Under the pieces are notes generated by a model that saw only the letters and a list, made by a program, of their open reading frames with translations, was not told the origin of the DNA and searched no databases. The translations under genes were made by a program, and so were the position numbers. DNA of 64,000 bases from Thermodesulfobacteriota bacterium (GTDB lineage Bacteria > Desulfobacterota > Desulfobacteria > Desulfobacterales > UBA11574): assembly GCA_042573625.1 (NCBI GenBank), contig JBHPCZ010000002.1, positions 9,896 through 73,895 of the forward strand, in the 5' to 3' direction. Each line of letters starts with the position of its first letter. The first letter of the stretch is position 1. Below, piece by piece: positions 39,502 to 48,135 of the stretch.

Positions 39502-40833
39502 TCAAAATGGCAGCATGCCCCGGCCCATCCCGCGCATACCGCCTTTGTTTATTTGTTTGATCATTTTCAAAACCTGCGAGTAATTTTTCAGCAGCTTGTT
39601 TATATCCCGTACACTAGTGCCGCTGCCTTTTGCAATCCTTTTCCGGCGGCTTCCGTTTATCATGGTATGTTGGCGCCGTTCCTGGGGCGTCATAGAATTG
39701 ATGATGGCTTCGATTCTGACCAGTTCTTTTTCGTCTATGGTGAAATTTTTCAGATGATTACTTGTTCCAACACCGGGAATCATCTTGATCAGATCCGACA
39801 GAGATCCCATTTTTCGGACCTGAACCATCTGATCACGGAAATCTTCCAGTGTGAATTGACTCTTTCTAAGCTTTTTCTCAAGCTCTACCGCCTTTTTCTC
39901 GTCAACAGCCTCCTGGGCCTTTTCGATCATGGTCAGGACATCCCCCATGCCCAGTATCCTGGAGGACATCCGATCCGGATGAAAAGGTTCCAGCTCGTTC
40001 AGTTTTTCACCGACACCGACAAACTTGATCGGTTTGCCGGTTATCGACTTGATGGATATGGCCGCTCCGCCGCGGGCATCCCCATCCATCTTGGTGAGAA
40101 CAACACCGCCGATATCCAACGCCTCATCAAATGATTCGGCAATGTTTACAGCGTCCTGACCCGTCATGGCGTCGGCCACAAGAAGGATGTCAGAGGGGCG
40201 AACAACATCCTTGATCTGGCAGAGCTCGGCCATCAAACCCTCATCAACATGCAGGCGCCCTGCAGTATCAAGAATCAGTACGTCACACCCTTCCTTGGGT
40301 GCCATCGCTCTGGCATCCTGGCAAATCCGGACCGGATCATTTTCCACGCTGGATGGAAAAACAGGGACGGATAGCTGCTCCCCCAGCTTCTGCAACTGTT
40401 CAATGGCAGCAGGGCGATAGACATCGGCCGGGACAAGATATGGCTTTCTTCCCTTCTTTCTCAAAAAAACAGCAAGCTTCCCTGCCGTGGTTGTTTTACC
40501 GGAGCCCTGCAAGCCAACCAGCATTACCGATACCGGCGTTGAACCCGAAAGATCCAAGTCGGTATGGTGCCCCCCCATGAGTTCGGTAAGCTCATCGTTG
40601 ACGATTTTAACAATCTGTTGACCGGGGGTCAGGCTCGCCATGACTTCCTGCCCAAGAGCCCGCTCTTTTATGTCAGTGACAAGCTTTTTAACAACCCTGA
40701 AGTGGACATCGGCTTCAAGAAGCGCCATCCTTACCGCCCTTAAACCCTCTTCAACATTCTTTTCCGTTAATTTGCCGTGCCCCTTGAGTTTTTTGAATAT
40801 AATGTTAAGTTTATCACTTAAATTGTCGAACAT
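39502..40833 (-). CDS. ffh: signal recognition particle protein Ffh
   Basis: N, G (GLQGSGKTTT, DTAGR, TKMDGD) and Met-rich M domains. Confidence 0.97.
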   Translation of the reverse strand: MFDNLSDKLNIIFKKLKGHGKLTEKNVEEGLRAVRMALLEADVHFRVVKKLVTDIKERALGQEVMASLTPGQQIVKIVNDELTELMGGHHTDLDLSGSTPVSVMLVGLQGSGKTTTAGKLAVFLRKKGRKPYLVPADVYRPAAIEQLQKLGEQLSVPVFPSSVENDPVRICQDARAMAPKEGCDVLILDTAGRLHVDEGLMAELCQIKDVVRPSDILLVADAMTGQDAVNIAESFDEALDIGGVVLTKMDGDARGGAAISIKSITGKPIKFVGVGEKLNELEPFHPDRMSSRILGMGDVLTMIEKAQEAVDEKKAVELEKKLRKSQFTLEDFRDQMVQVRKMGSLSDLIKMIPGVGTSNHLKNFTIDEKELVRIEAIINSMTPQERRQHTMINGSRRKRIAKGSGTSVRDINKLLKNYSQVLKMIKQINKGGMRGMGRGMLPF

Positions 40834-40972
40834 AAATTCCCCGAGAAAAATTGCGATTTAAAACCATTTAGATTAATGATAAAAACAAAATATGTCAACA
40901 AAAATAAAATCTTCGAACAATTCTGCCCATGCCGGTTTGGGTGCTGATTTGTTCAAATTTTCGGATTAAAAA

Positions 40973-42025
40973 ATGGCTCCGATATTAGAAAAAAAAGACA
41001 TTAAAGATCTTACAATTGAGCAGCTCGTTTCCTGGCTTGAAGAACGCGACATTCAAGCCTTTCGTGCCAAGCAAATCCTGAAATGGATTTACCATCGCCA
41101 GGCCGATGCATTTGGCGTCATGACCGATTTAGGAAAAGAAATGAGACAGCAGCTTTCAAGTCATTTCAGTATTAACCGTCTGGAAAAAACTCGAATCGAA
41201 ACATCTAAAGACGGCTCTAAAAAATACCTTTTTAAGCTCGAAGATGGAACATACATTGAAAGTGTGCTCATACCGGAGAAAAAGCACGATACACTCTGCC
41301 TGTCCAGCCAAGTGGGCTGTGCCCAAGGGTGCAGATTTTGTCTGACCGCCAGAGGCAGTTTCGCTCGAAACCTTTCACAAGGCGAAATTATCGCCCAGGT
41401 GCGAGACATTGCCAACGATATGGAAGATCCTTCCCGATTAACCAACATTGTCTTTATGGGAATGGGTGAGCCCCTGGCCAATTATCGCAACGTCGTCAAC
41501 GCGATTCAGATCATTGCCGACAGTGAAATCGGGCTGGGATTTTCCAGCCGCAGGATTACCGTCTCCACGGCAGGCCTGATTCCCAGGATTGCTGACCTGG
41601 GTCGCGATACAGCGGCCAATCTGGCCATTTCCCTAAACGCTGCGGATAACACGACGCGAAACAGGCTGATGCCCATTAACCGAAAATATCCGATCGAAAA
41701 GCTGATTGACGCATGTCGCTCATATCCGTTGCAGCAGCGCCGACGGATTACTTTTGAATATATTCTTTTAAAGGGAATCAACGATTCTCCACAAGACGCG
41801 AAACGCCTCGCCAAGCTGCTCAGACCGGTCAAGGCAAAAATAAACCTCATCCCTTTTAATGACTTCGAAGACAGCGAATTCCAGCGCCCTGAAGACTCCG
41901 TAATACAAAACTTCAGGGAAATCCTGCATAACGCCAATTACACGGCCATCATCCGTCACAGTAAAGGGCAGGATATCTCCGCGGCGTGCGGGCAGTTAAG
42001 TGCGAAAATATTAGATGATGGTTAA
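40973..42025 (+). CDS. rlmN: 23S rRNA/tRNA (adenine-C2)-methyltransferase RlmN (radical SAM)
   Basis: SSQVGCAQGCRFC radical-SAM cluster and C-terminal GQDISAACGQL. Confidence 0.94.
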   Translation: MAPILEKKDIKDLTIEQLVSWLEERDIQAFRAKQILKWIYHRQADAFGVMTDLGKEMRQQLSSHFSINRLEKTRIETSKDGSKKYLFKLEDGTYIESVLIPEKKHDTLCLSSQVGCAQGCRFCLTARGSFARNLSQGEIIAQVRDIANDMEDPSRLTNIVFMGMGEPLANYRNVVNAIQIIADSEIGLGFSSRRITVSTAGLIPRIADLGRDTAANLAISLNAADNTTRNRLMPINRKYPIEKLIDACRSYPLQQRRRITFEYILLKGINDSPQDAKRLAKLLRPVKAKINLIPFNDFEDSEFQRPEDSVIQNFREILHNANYTAIIRHSKGQDISAACGQLSAKILDDG

Positions 42026-42077
42026 AGATAACGGTTAAGTTATTTATAGATGGTTCTTTTCCAGTTTAGTTGGAGAA

Positions 42078-42360
42078 GAGGGTTCGAGGATTCAAGGGGG
42101 CAAGGGTTCAAGTGTTTGTACTCCAACAATTTTATCAGCGCTTTGAGCATCCCTTCAACTTCTTCTGTATCATCCTTGAGAGCATTTAAATTTTCTTTAT
42201 TTACATAATTTAATTCACCTGAAAGCAGGAGCTGGGGCTCCAATTCGCAAAAAGAACAATAGGCAATATATAATGACCCAGGTCGTCAGCAGCTGAATTT
42301 CTGCCATACTTTTTAACTCTTTATAATTTTTAAGTATTTCCCTCGAACCCTTGAACCCTC
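42078..42360 (-). pseudogene. truncated four-helix-bundle (23S IVS protein) gene bracketed by GGTTCAAGG-type inverted repeats
   Basis: The minus strand encodes only the C-terminal half, ..AYCSFCELEPQLLLSGELNYVNKENLNALKDDTEEVEGMLKALIKLLEYKHLNP. Flanked by GAGGGTTCGAGGATTCAAGGGGGCAAGGGTTCAAGTG (42078-42114) and CCCTCGAACCCTTGAACCCTC (42340-42360). Confidence 0.7.
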
Positions 42361-42410
42361 TGCGCCTTAAATCCTTTCAAAATCATCAATTTTTTTTGGA
42401 GATGATTCTT

Positions 42411-43406
42411 CTATATCAAGAGATGCCGGATCTCCCTTGGCGGCGTTCCGATCACCTTAACAACCGCCTGATCTTGAGGCGTAATAATCGTCACATCGAT
42501 CTCTTTATTATCCGGCGCCTTGCTGTAGCCGACACAAATCGAGGCAGCCCGGGCCAAGCTGTCTTTCCCGCCGCCATTTGGCACCAGAACGGTCGGCCCC
42601 GGAAAACCACTGACTTTGATCAGGGTGTCCTGCTCTGGAATATAATACTTTTTTACATTTTCATTGTCCTTTTGCGTGCGGCCGACGACAATTTTTGTTT
42701 TTTGATCCAAACGAAGATGGCGGCCATGGCTCAAAAGATAAAGTTCTTCTACGGAATAATCGTTCTGGTGTTTAAAAAGATCTTTCAGGCGGTCGGAATA
42801 CCCCTTGTCCGTCAGCAGACAGCCGCCGGCAGGGGAAGGATAGTCGGAAATACCGAATTCTTCGGCCAGTTCAATCTGGGGCTTTCGGGATCTTCCTGAA
42901 ATATCGAGGAGCATTTCCCTGTCCACCAGACCCTCTTGCTCCGGAAGGGTAACCGGGAGTCTTTGGGCGCTCAAAGGGCGCACAATGAGGCCGTCAAACC
43001 CGGATGCTTTTTCCACATATCGAAGCGACGGTTTGGTCTGGGACATCGGACGCTGGCCCACCACTTCTCCGCTGAAGAGAAAATCAAACCCCTTCTCTTT
43101 CATTCTCTCACCGGCCAGCCTGAACATCAAGGCATGACAATCCAGGCACGGGTTCATATGCTTTCCATATCCGCAAGGGGGATTTTTCAGCATCTCGAGA
43201 TAAACCGTTGTTATATCCCGAACAGTGATCGGTATCCCGGTCGAGCGCGCGGCTTGCCGGGCTTTAGTCGATGAAAAAAACGGCGTTTCAAAGGTTATCC
43301 ACGCCACTTCTATGCCCTGTCGTTTCAGAACCAGGGCAGACAAAATGCTGTCGAGACCGCCGGAACAAAGACCCAAGCCTCGAACTTTTCCTCGATGCGA
43401 ATTCAT
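42411..43406 (-). CDS. PP-loop ATP pyrophosphatase, ThiI/MnmA-like tRNA thiolation family
   Basis: LCSGGLDS PP-loop, NPCLDCH cysteine motif, and GEVVGQRPMSQ. Confidence 0.7.
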   Translation of the reverse strand: MNSHRGKVRGLGLCSGGLDSILSALVLKRQGIEVAWITFETPFFSSTKARQAARSTGIPITVRDITTVYLEMLKNPPCGYGKHMNPCLDCHALMFRLAGERMKEKGFDFLFSGEVVGQRPMSQTKPSLRYVEKASGFDGLIVRPLSAQRLPVTLPEQEGLVDREMLLDISGRSRKPQIELAEEFGISDYPSPAGGCLLTDKGYSDRLKDLFKHQNDYSVEELYLLSHGRHLRLDQKTKIVVGRTQKDNENVKKYYIPEQDTLIKVSGFPGPTVLVPNGGGKDSLARAASICVGYSKAPDNKEIDVTIITPQDQAVVKVIGTPPREIRHLLI

Positions 43407-43524
43407 GATATACGAGTAATTCCTAACTTATATTTTTTTAGACAGGATTCACCTGATTAGCTGGATTAAAATATCCTGAACATCCTGTTGATCGTGTCAA
43501 AAATGTGCTCAAAGGATTTAAATC

Positions 43525-44166
43525 ATGGTGAAGCGTAAATCACGTACAGATAAGATTCTTAAAATTCTAAGGACAACCTACCCGAATGTCAAGACGCAGC
43601 TGAGGCACAAAAACCCCTTTCAACTCCTCGTGGCGACCATACTCTCGGCCCAGTGCACCGACCGGCAGGTAAACGCCGTAACACCGGGGCTATTTAAAAA
43701 GTTGAAAACCCCCGATGATTTTGCCGGCGCATCCATTGAGACAATTGAAACACTCATCCACTCAACCGGTTTCTATCGAAACAAGGCTAAAAATATTCAA
43801 AACTGTTCGAAAACCCTTCTTGAAAAATTCAACGGTAAGGTTCCTGATAAATTGGAGGAACTCATACAGCTTCCAGGCGTGGGGCGTAAAACCGCCAATG
43901 TTGTCCTGGGCGCGGCTTTCGGCGTTCCGGGGATTGTTGTGGATACCCATGTGGCGCGGATTTCGAAAAGGCTGGGGCTAACAAAACAAAAAGATCCGGT
44001 TAAGATTGAATTCGATCTTATGGAAATAATACCCGAAGCATCGTGGAATGCCTTTTCCCTGCAACTTATTTATTTTGGAAGGGCCATTTGCAAGGCAAGA
44101 AAACCCGATTGTCCGGTTTGTCCCCTCTACGATCTATGCGACTATCCGGCCAAAGTTTCTACTTAG
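43525..44166 (+). CDS. nth: endonuclease III
   Basis: HhH-GPD (LPGVGRKTANVVL) and C-terminal 4Fe-4S motif CKARKPDCPVCPLYDLC. Confidence 0.95.
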   Translation: MVKRKSRTDKILKILRTTYPNVKTQLRHKNPFQLLVATILSAQCTDRQVNAVTPGLFKKLKTPDDFAGASIETIETLIHSTGFYRNKAKNIQNCSKTLLEKFNGKVPDKLEELIQLPGVGRKTANVVLGAAFGVPGIVVDTHVARISKRLGLTKQKDPVKIEFDLMEIIPEASWNAFSLQLIYFGRAICKARKPDCPVCPLYDLCDYPAKVST

Positions 44167-44284
44167 TACTATAATTCGTAAATTTGGGGGCGTATTATAA
44201 TGAACTTTACCGCCCGCTTCGCTCGAGACAAAGAGAGCGCAGAATTAGATGTTTTTTTCCTTTTCTGTTGCCCCCTGTTAAATG

Positions 44285-44762
44285 GCTTTCAGGCTATCGT
44301 TTGGTGATAAGGTATGGAGGTATCTCAAAAAATTCAGACCATTGACAAGTTGTTTCTATTGCAGAGTACCAGATATCACCACCTCAACAAATAATTCCAG
44401 AACAATAAATAAGAGATTTCTCGGTTCTTATATGAGCCTAAATTCCGCCGCTCAGTTTATACTACACCCTAATAGCCGGATATGCCCAGTTATACATCCT
44501 TACAATTTTGATAGCATTTTCACCTTTGATATTGTCTGCTGTTAGGTGCACCGCATATTCTTGAAGAATTTAAAGCAGCATATGTGCGTGTTTCCATCAG
44601 ATGTCCTTCAATACTTTTATCTCCCCTTTTGTACTGTGAAATCTCTCAAAACATTGCCATATTATTTTTATCTTCTGGACCAATAAAAACTTTTTTCAGA
44701 TCTTTTGGAATCTACATAAAGTGATACTTGCAATACCATTTTGAATAACTTAAACTTTGAAA
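44285..44762 (-). pseudogene. decayed IS200/IS605-family Y1 transposase (tnpA) relic
   Basis: Minus-strand fragments SLSYSKWYCKYHFM*IPKDLKKVFIG, IEGHLM..(frameshift)..KHAHMLL*, IKGENAIKIVRMY and FWNY.. match the IS200 TnpA order (W.CKYHIVF.PKYRRKV.YG, DHVHMLL, IKGKSA, FWARGY). They are broken by several stops and frameshifts, and no start codon remains. Confidence 0.75.
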
Positions 44763-44893
44763 AAATTACATCAAAATCCTCTCCTCGTAAAGGCTGGGCG
44801 GTTTATATTTAGGGGGTTTTAATATGTCCACGAATAATTTATTCTGAAATCCAAAGATTTCTATACTCTTATCGACTATACGTATCGACCCAA

Positions 44894-47785
44894 ATGAAAC
44901 GAACAAACAACCCCTTGCAAGATCTTTCAGAAGAATTCAAAATTAAATGGGATGCATTCTGCCATTCAGCTTCAGATGCCGGCCTAACACCCCCCGATGA
45001 TCCAGCAATCATTGCTGCTGCAAAGCGAATTTTTCCCTTTAGTGATTTTGTATCAAAAAGCTGCATCCGCGATCCTGAGATGTTTGAAGATCTGCTGCAA
45101 AGCGGAAACCTTCAAAGACGGTTCATGCCAGGTGAATACATTACAATGCTTGAATCGTTTCTTTCTGAGGCCAGAGACGATGAACAGCTTTCCTTCCTGC
45201 TACGCCGATTTCGACGCCGTGAAATGGTTCGGATTGCCTGGCGTGACCTTTCAGGCTGGTCCGATCTTTCAGAGACCATGGCCGGTCTATCAGCTCTTGC
45301 CGATGCCTGTTTGGATCGAGCTGTGTCTCTATTACATGAGTGGCATTGCTCAGAGCATGGTATCCCGACAGGACAAGACGGCTTGCCACAAAAACTGGTT
45401 GTGTTGGGAATGGGAAAGCTTGGCGGCCGGGAGTTAAACTTTTCCTCTGACATCGACCTGATTTTCGCCTATCCTGAGCCGGGTGAAACACGCGGCGGCA
45501 AAGAATCGATGCGGAATGATGAATTTTTCATTCGCCTGTGCCGCCGACTCATAAAAGTCATCGGCGCGAACACTTCAGAGGGAATCGTTTTTCGAGTCGA
45601 TATGGACCTCCGGCCGCATGGCGAAACCGGCCCCCTGGTCATGAGTTTCGATGCCATGGAGGAATATTACCAGGAACAGGGGCGGGAGTGGGAACGATAC
45701 GCGTGGGTCAAGGCAAGGGTGGTTGCGGGTGACATGCAGGCCGGCGCTCGACTCCTGGAAAGGCTTAAACCGTTTATCTATAGAAGATACCTGGATTTTG
45801 GCGCTTTTGAATCATTGCGGAACATGAAGCAGATGATCGCCCTTGAAGTGAAACGTAAAGGAATGACAAGCAACATCAAACTCGGTCCCGGGGGGATACG
45901 TGAAATTGAATTCTTCGGCCAGGTATTTCAGCTCATCCGCGGCGGTGTATCACCTTCACTTCAGGAGTGCAGCATCTTAAAGGCGCTGAAGGTTCTGGCC
46001 CTTGAGAATTACATTCCATTGAACGTATGTGATAAACTCACAAACGCGTACGAATTTCTGCGCGAAGTAGAGCATCGACTTCAGGAATTTTCCGACCAGC
46101 AGACCCATGAACTTCCTGCGGACCCTGCTGCAAAAATGCGGCTGGCCGCATCCATGGGCTTTGAGGATCCCGAAGCGTTTGCCCATTGTCTTGAAGGGCA
46201 CAGGGAACGGGTTCACCGCTATTTTAATGAATTGCTCGAGGTCAATGATGCAGCGGACACGGACGGGCAAGTTGAAGTAGTGGATATCGGCTTAAAAGCC
46301 GTGTGGAATGACCCGGTGAAAGATGATAAAAATCGATATGTGCTGGAAGGAATCGGTTTTGAAGACGCCGACGAAGCGATACGTCTTCTGAATTACCTGC
46401 GAAACGATCCGGCAACCCGTTCACTCAGCAGAGAAGGCCGGAACCGCCTCGACAGGCTGATTCCGCGCCTGTTGAAAACCATCGGCCGGTCCGAACACCC
46501 GCGTCCTGTCCTGGGTCGGATCATCGACCTGGTAAAGACCATCCAGCAGCGTACCAATTATCTGGCCCTCCTTCTTGAGGAATCCACGGCGATTACCCAC
46601 CTGGTAAAACTTGCAAATGCCAGCCCATGGATTATCTCATATCTGTCCCGACATCCCGTACTTCTGGATGAACTTCTCGATCCCCGTTCCCTTTATCTGC
46701 CTCCTGAAAAACCGGATCTCATAAAAGAACTACGCAAAAGACTCAAGGGTATAGATCTACACAACCTTGAACATCAGATTGAAGAATTGTGCATTTTTAA
46801 ACAGGTGAACACCTTGCGAGTGTCTGCAGCAGATATCAGCGGCGCCCTTCCACTGATGCGGACCAGCGACCACCTTACCTATATTGCAGAGACAATCCTG
46901 GATGAAGTCCTTGACCTTTCGTGGAACCATCTGATTGAGAAACACGGAATTCCAACCTGTCAAATGAATGGAAAGAGAATCGACAGAGGGTTTGCGGTGG
47001 TTGCATACGGGAAGCTCGGCGGTATTGAGCTCGGTTACGGGTCTGACCTCGACCTGGTTTTTCTCCATGCCGGTACCCAGCGGGAGACCCGTGGCGGAAG
47101 GACCCCCGTGGACAGTACCCAGTTTTTTGCCCGCCTCGGACAGAGAGTCGTCCACATTTTATCTGCCCACACGTCCGCCGGGGTGCTTTATGAACCGGAT
47201 ATGCGATTGCGGCCCAGCGGCGGTTCCGGTCCCCTGGTCAGCCACATCCAAGGATTTGGGGAATATCAGATGAATAAAGCCTGGACCTGGGAGCATCAGG
47301 CCCTTGTCAGAGCAAGGCCGATGAGCGGTGATATTCAGGTGATGAAACGCTTTGAGCAGATCCGAAAAGCGGTGCTCGCCCGCCCTAGAAGCAAAGCCAA
47401 ACTTCAAAAGGAAATTACGGAGATGCGCGAACGGATACGCAGAGAACTCTTAAGACCTGAACCGGGTGTTTTTGATCTCAAGCAGGATAGCGGTGGAATT
47501 GTTGACATCGAATTTTTGGTTCAATATCTGGTGCTTTTAAAGTCCAATGAATTCAGTGATCTCCTGAGGTGGACCGACAATGTCCGCGTCCTCGAAACCC
47601 TGATCGAAACGGAGGTACTTGAGAAAGACGCAGCCGCTATTCTCAAAGAGGCTTATCTCGCCTATCGGGCAGCGGTTCACAGGCTAAACCTCCAGGAAAA
47701 ACCCGCCACGGTGCCCGATGAACAGTTCGGCGGTCTGCGAAAAAACATCCTGGAGATCTGGAAAGCGTTTATGGAATCAGATTAG
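44894..47785 (+). CDS. glnE: bifunctional glutamine synthetase adenylyltransferase/adenylyl-removing enzyme
   Basis: Two GlnE nucleotidyltransferase halves (GKLGGRELNFSSDIDLIF and GKLGGIELGYGSDLDLVF). 963 aa. Confidence 0.95.
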   Translation: MKRTNNPLQDLSEEFKIKWDAFCHSASDAGLTPPDDPAIIAAAKRIFPFSDFVSKSCIRDPEMFEDLLQSGNLQRRFMPGEYITMLESFLSEARDDEQLSFLLRRFRRREMVRIAWRDLSGWSDLSETMAGLSALADACLDRAVSLLHEWHCSEHGIPTGQDGLPQKLVVLGMGKLGGRELNFSSDIDLIFAYPEPGETRGGKESMRNDEFFIRLCRRLIKVIGANTSEGIVFRVDMDLRPHGETGPLVMSFDAMEEYYQEQGREWERYAWVKARVVAGDMQAGARLLERLKPFIYRRYLDFGAFESLRNMKQMIALEVKRKGMTSNIKLGPGGIREIEFFGQVFQLIRGGVSPSLQECSILKALKVLALENYIPLNVCDKLTNAYEFLREVEHRLQEFSDQQTHELPADPAAKMRLAASMGFEDPEAFAHCLEGHRERVHRYFNELLEVNDAADTDGQVEVVDIGLKAVWNDPVKDDKNRYVLEGIGFEDADEAIRLLNYLRNDPATRSLSREGRNRLDRLIPRLLKTIGRSEHPRPVLGRIIDLVKTIQQRTNYLALLLEESTAITHLVKLANASPWIISYLSRHPVLLDELLDPRSLYLPPEKPDLIKELRKRLKGIDLHNLEHQIEELCIFKQVNTLRVSAADISGALPLMRTSDHLTYIAETILDEVLDLSWNHLIEKHGIPTCQMNGKRIDRGFAVVAYGKLGGIELGYGSDLDLVFLHAGTQRETRGGRTPVDSTQFFARLGQRVVHILSAHTSAGVLYEPDMRLRPSGGSGPLVSHIQGFGEYQMNKAWTWEHQALVRARPMSGDIQVMKRFEQIRKAVLARPRSKAKLQKEITEMRERIRRELLRPEPGVFDLKQDSGGIVDIEFLVQYLVLLKSNEFSDLLRWTDNVRVLETLIETEVLEKDAAAILKEAYLAYRAAVHRLNLQEKPATVPDEQFGGLRKNILEIWKAFMESD

Positions 47786-47922
47786 CTCGAATCTTCCGTA
47801 AGAGAATCGGGTTCGTCGCCGGCATTCTCCATCATTCTCCACGGATTGTAAAAAATATCCGCGATGATTACCTGCACAGGAAATTATTCCCCGTACGCCA
47901 CCAACCGCACTTTTAGATTTCA

Positions 47923-47973
47923 ATGTTACATTTTTGCAATTTGCAGGGCCTAAATATTACAAAAATGCAACAT
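47923..47973. promoter_or_regulatory. palindromic upstream activator-type site (candidate bEBP binding site)
   Basis: ATGTTACATTTTTGCAA (47923-47939) and its near-perfect complement TTACAAAAATGCAACAT (47957-47973). The centre lies about 110 bp upstream of the sigma-54 -12 element. Confidence 0.45.
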
Positions 47974-48048
47974 CGCTTTTCATCTTCTGTTTCCCGCTCT
48001 AAACAAAACCTGTTGAAATCATACATAATAAAGTTTAAATGACCGGCT

Positions 48049-48064
48049 TGGCACATCTGTTGCT
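48049..48064 (+). promoter_or_regulatory. sigma-54 (RpoN) promoter upstream of glnD
   Basis: TGGCAC-ATCTG-TTGCT is an exact match to the TGGCAC-N5-TTGCW consensus. It lies 72 nt before the glnD ATG. Confidence 0.8.
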
Positions 48065-48135
48065 ATGTTATGGGGAATTGTTTGGGGTGAATACAAAAGT
48101 ACCGGATTCCAACGATCCAATTCTATCAGGCCGAC

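Noticed and set aside
42351-42899. 182-aa plus-strand ORF
   Set aside because: It is antisense to the PP-loop ATPase gene. Its TTG start is created by the inverted-repeat arm of the IVS-gene relic.
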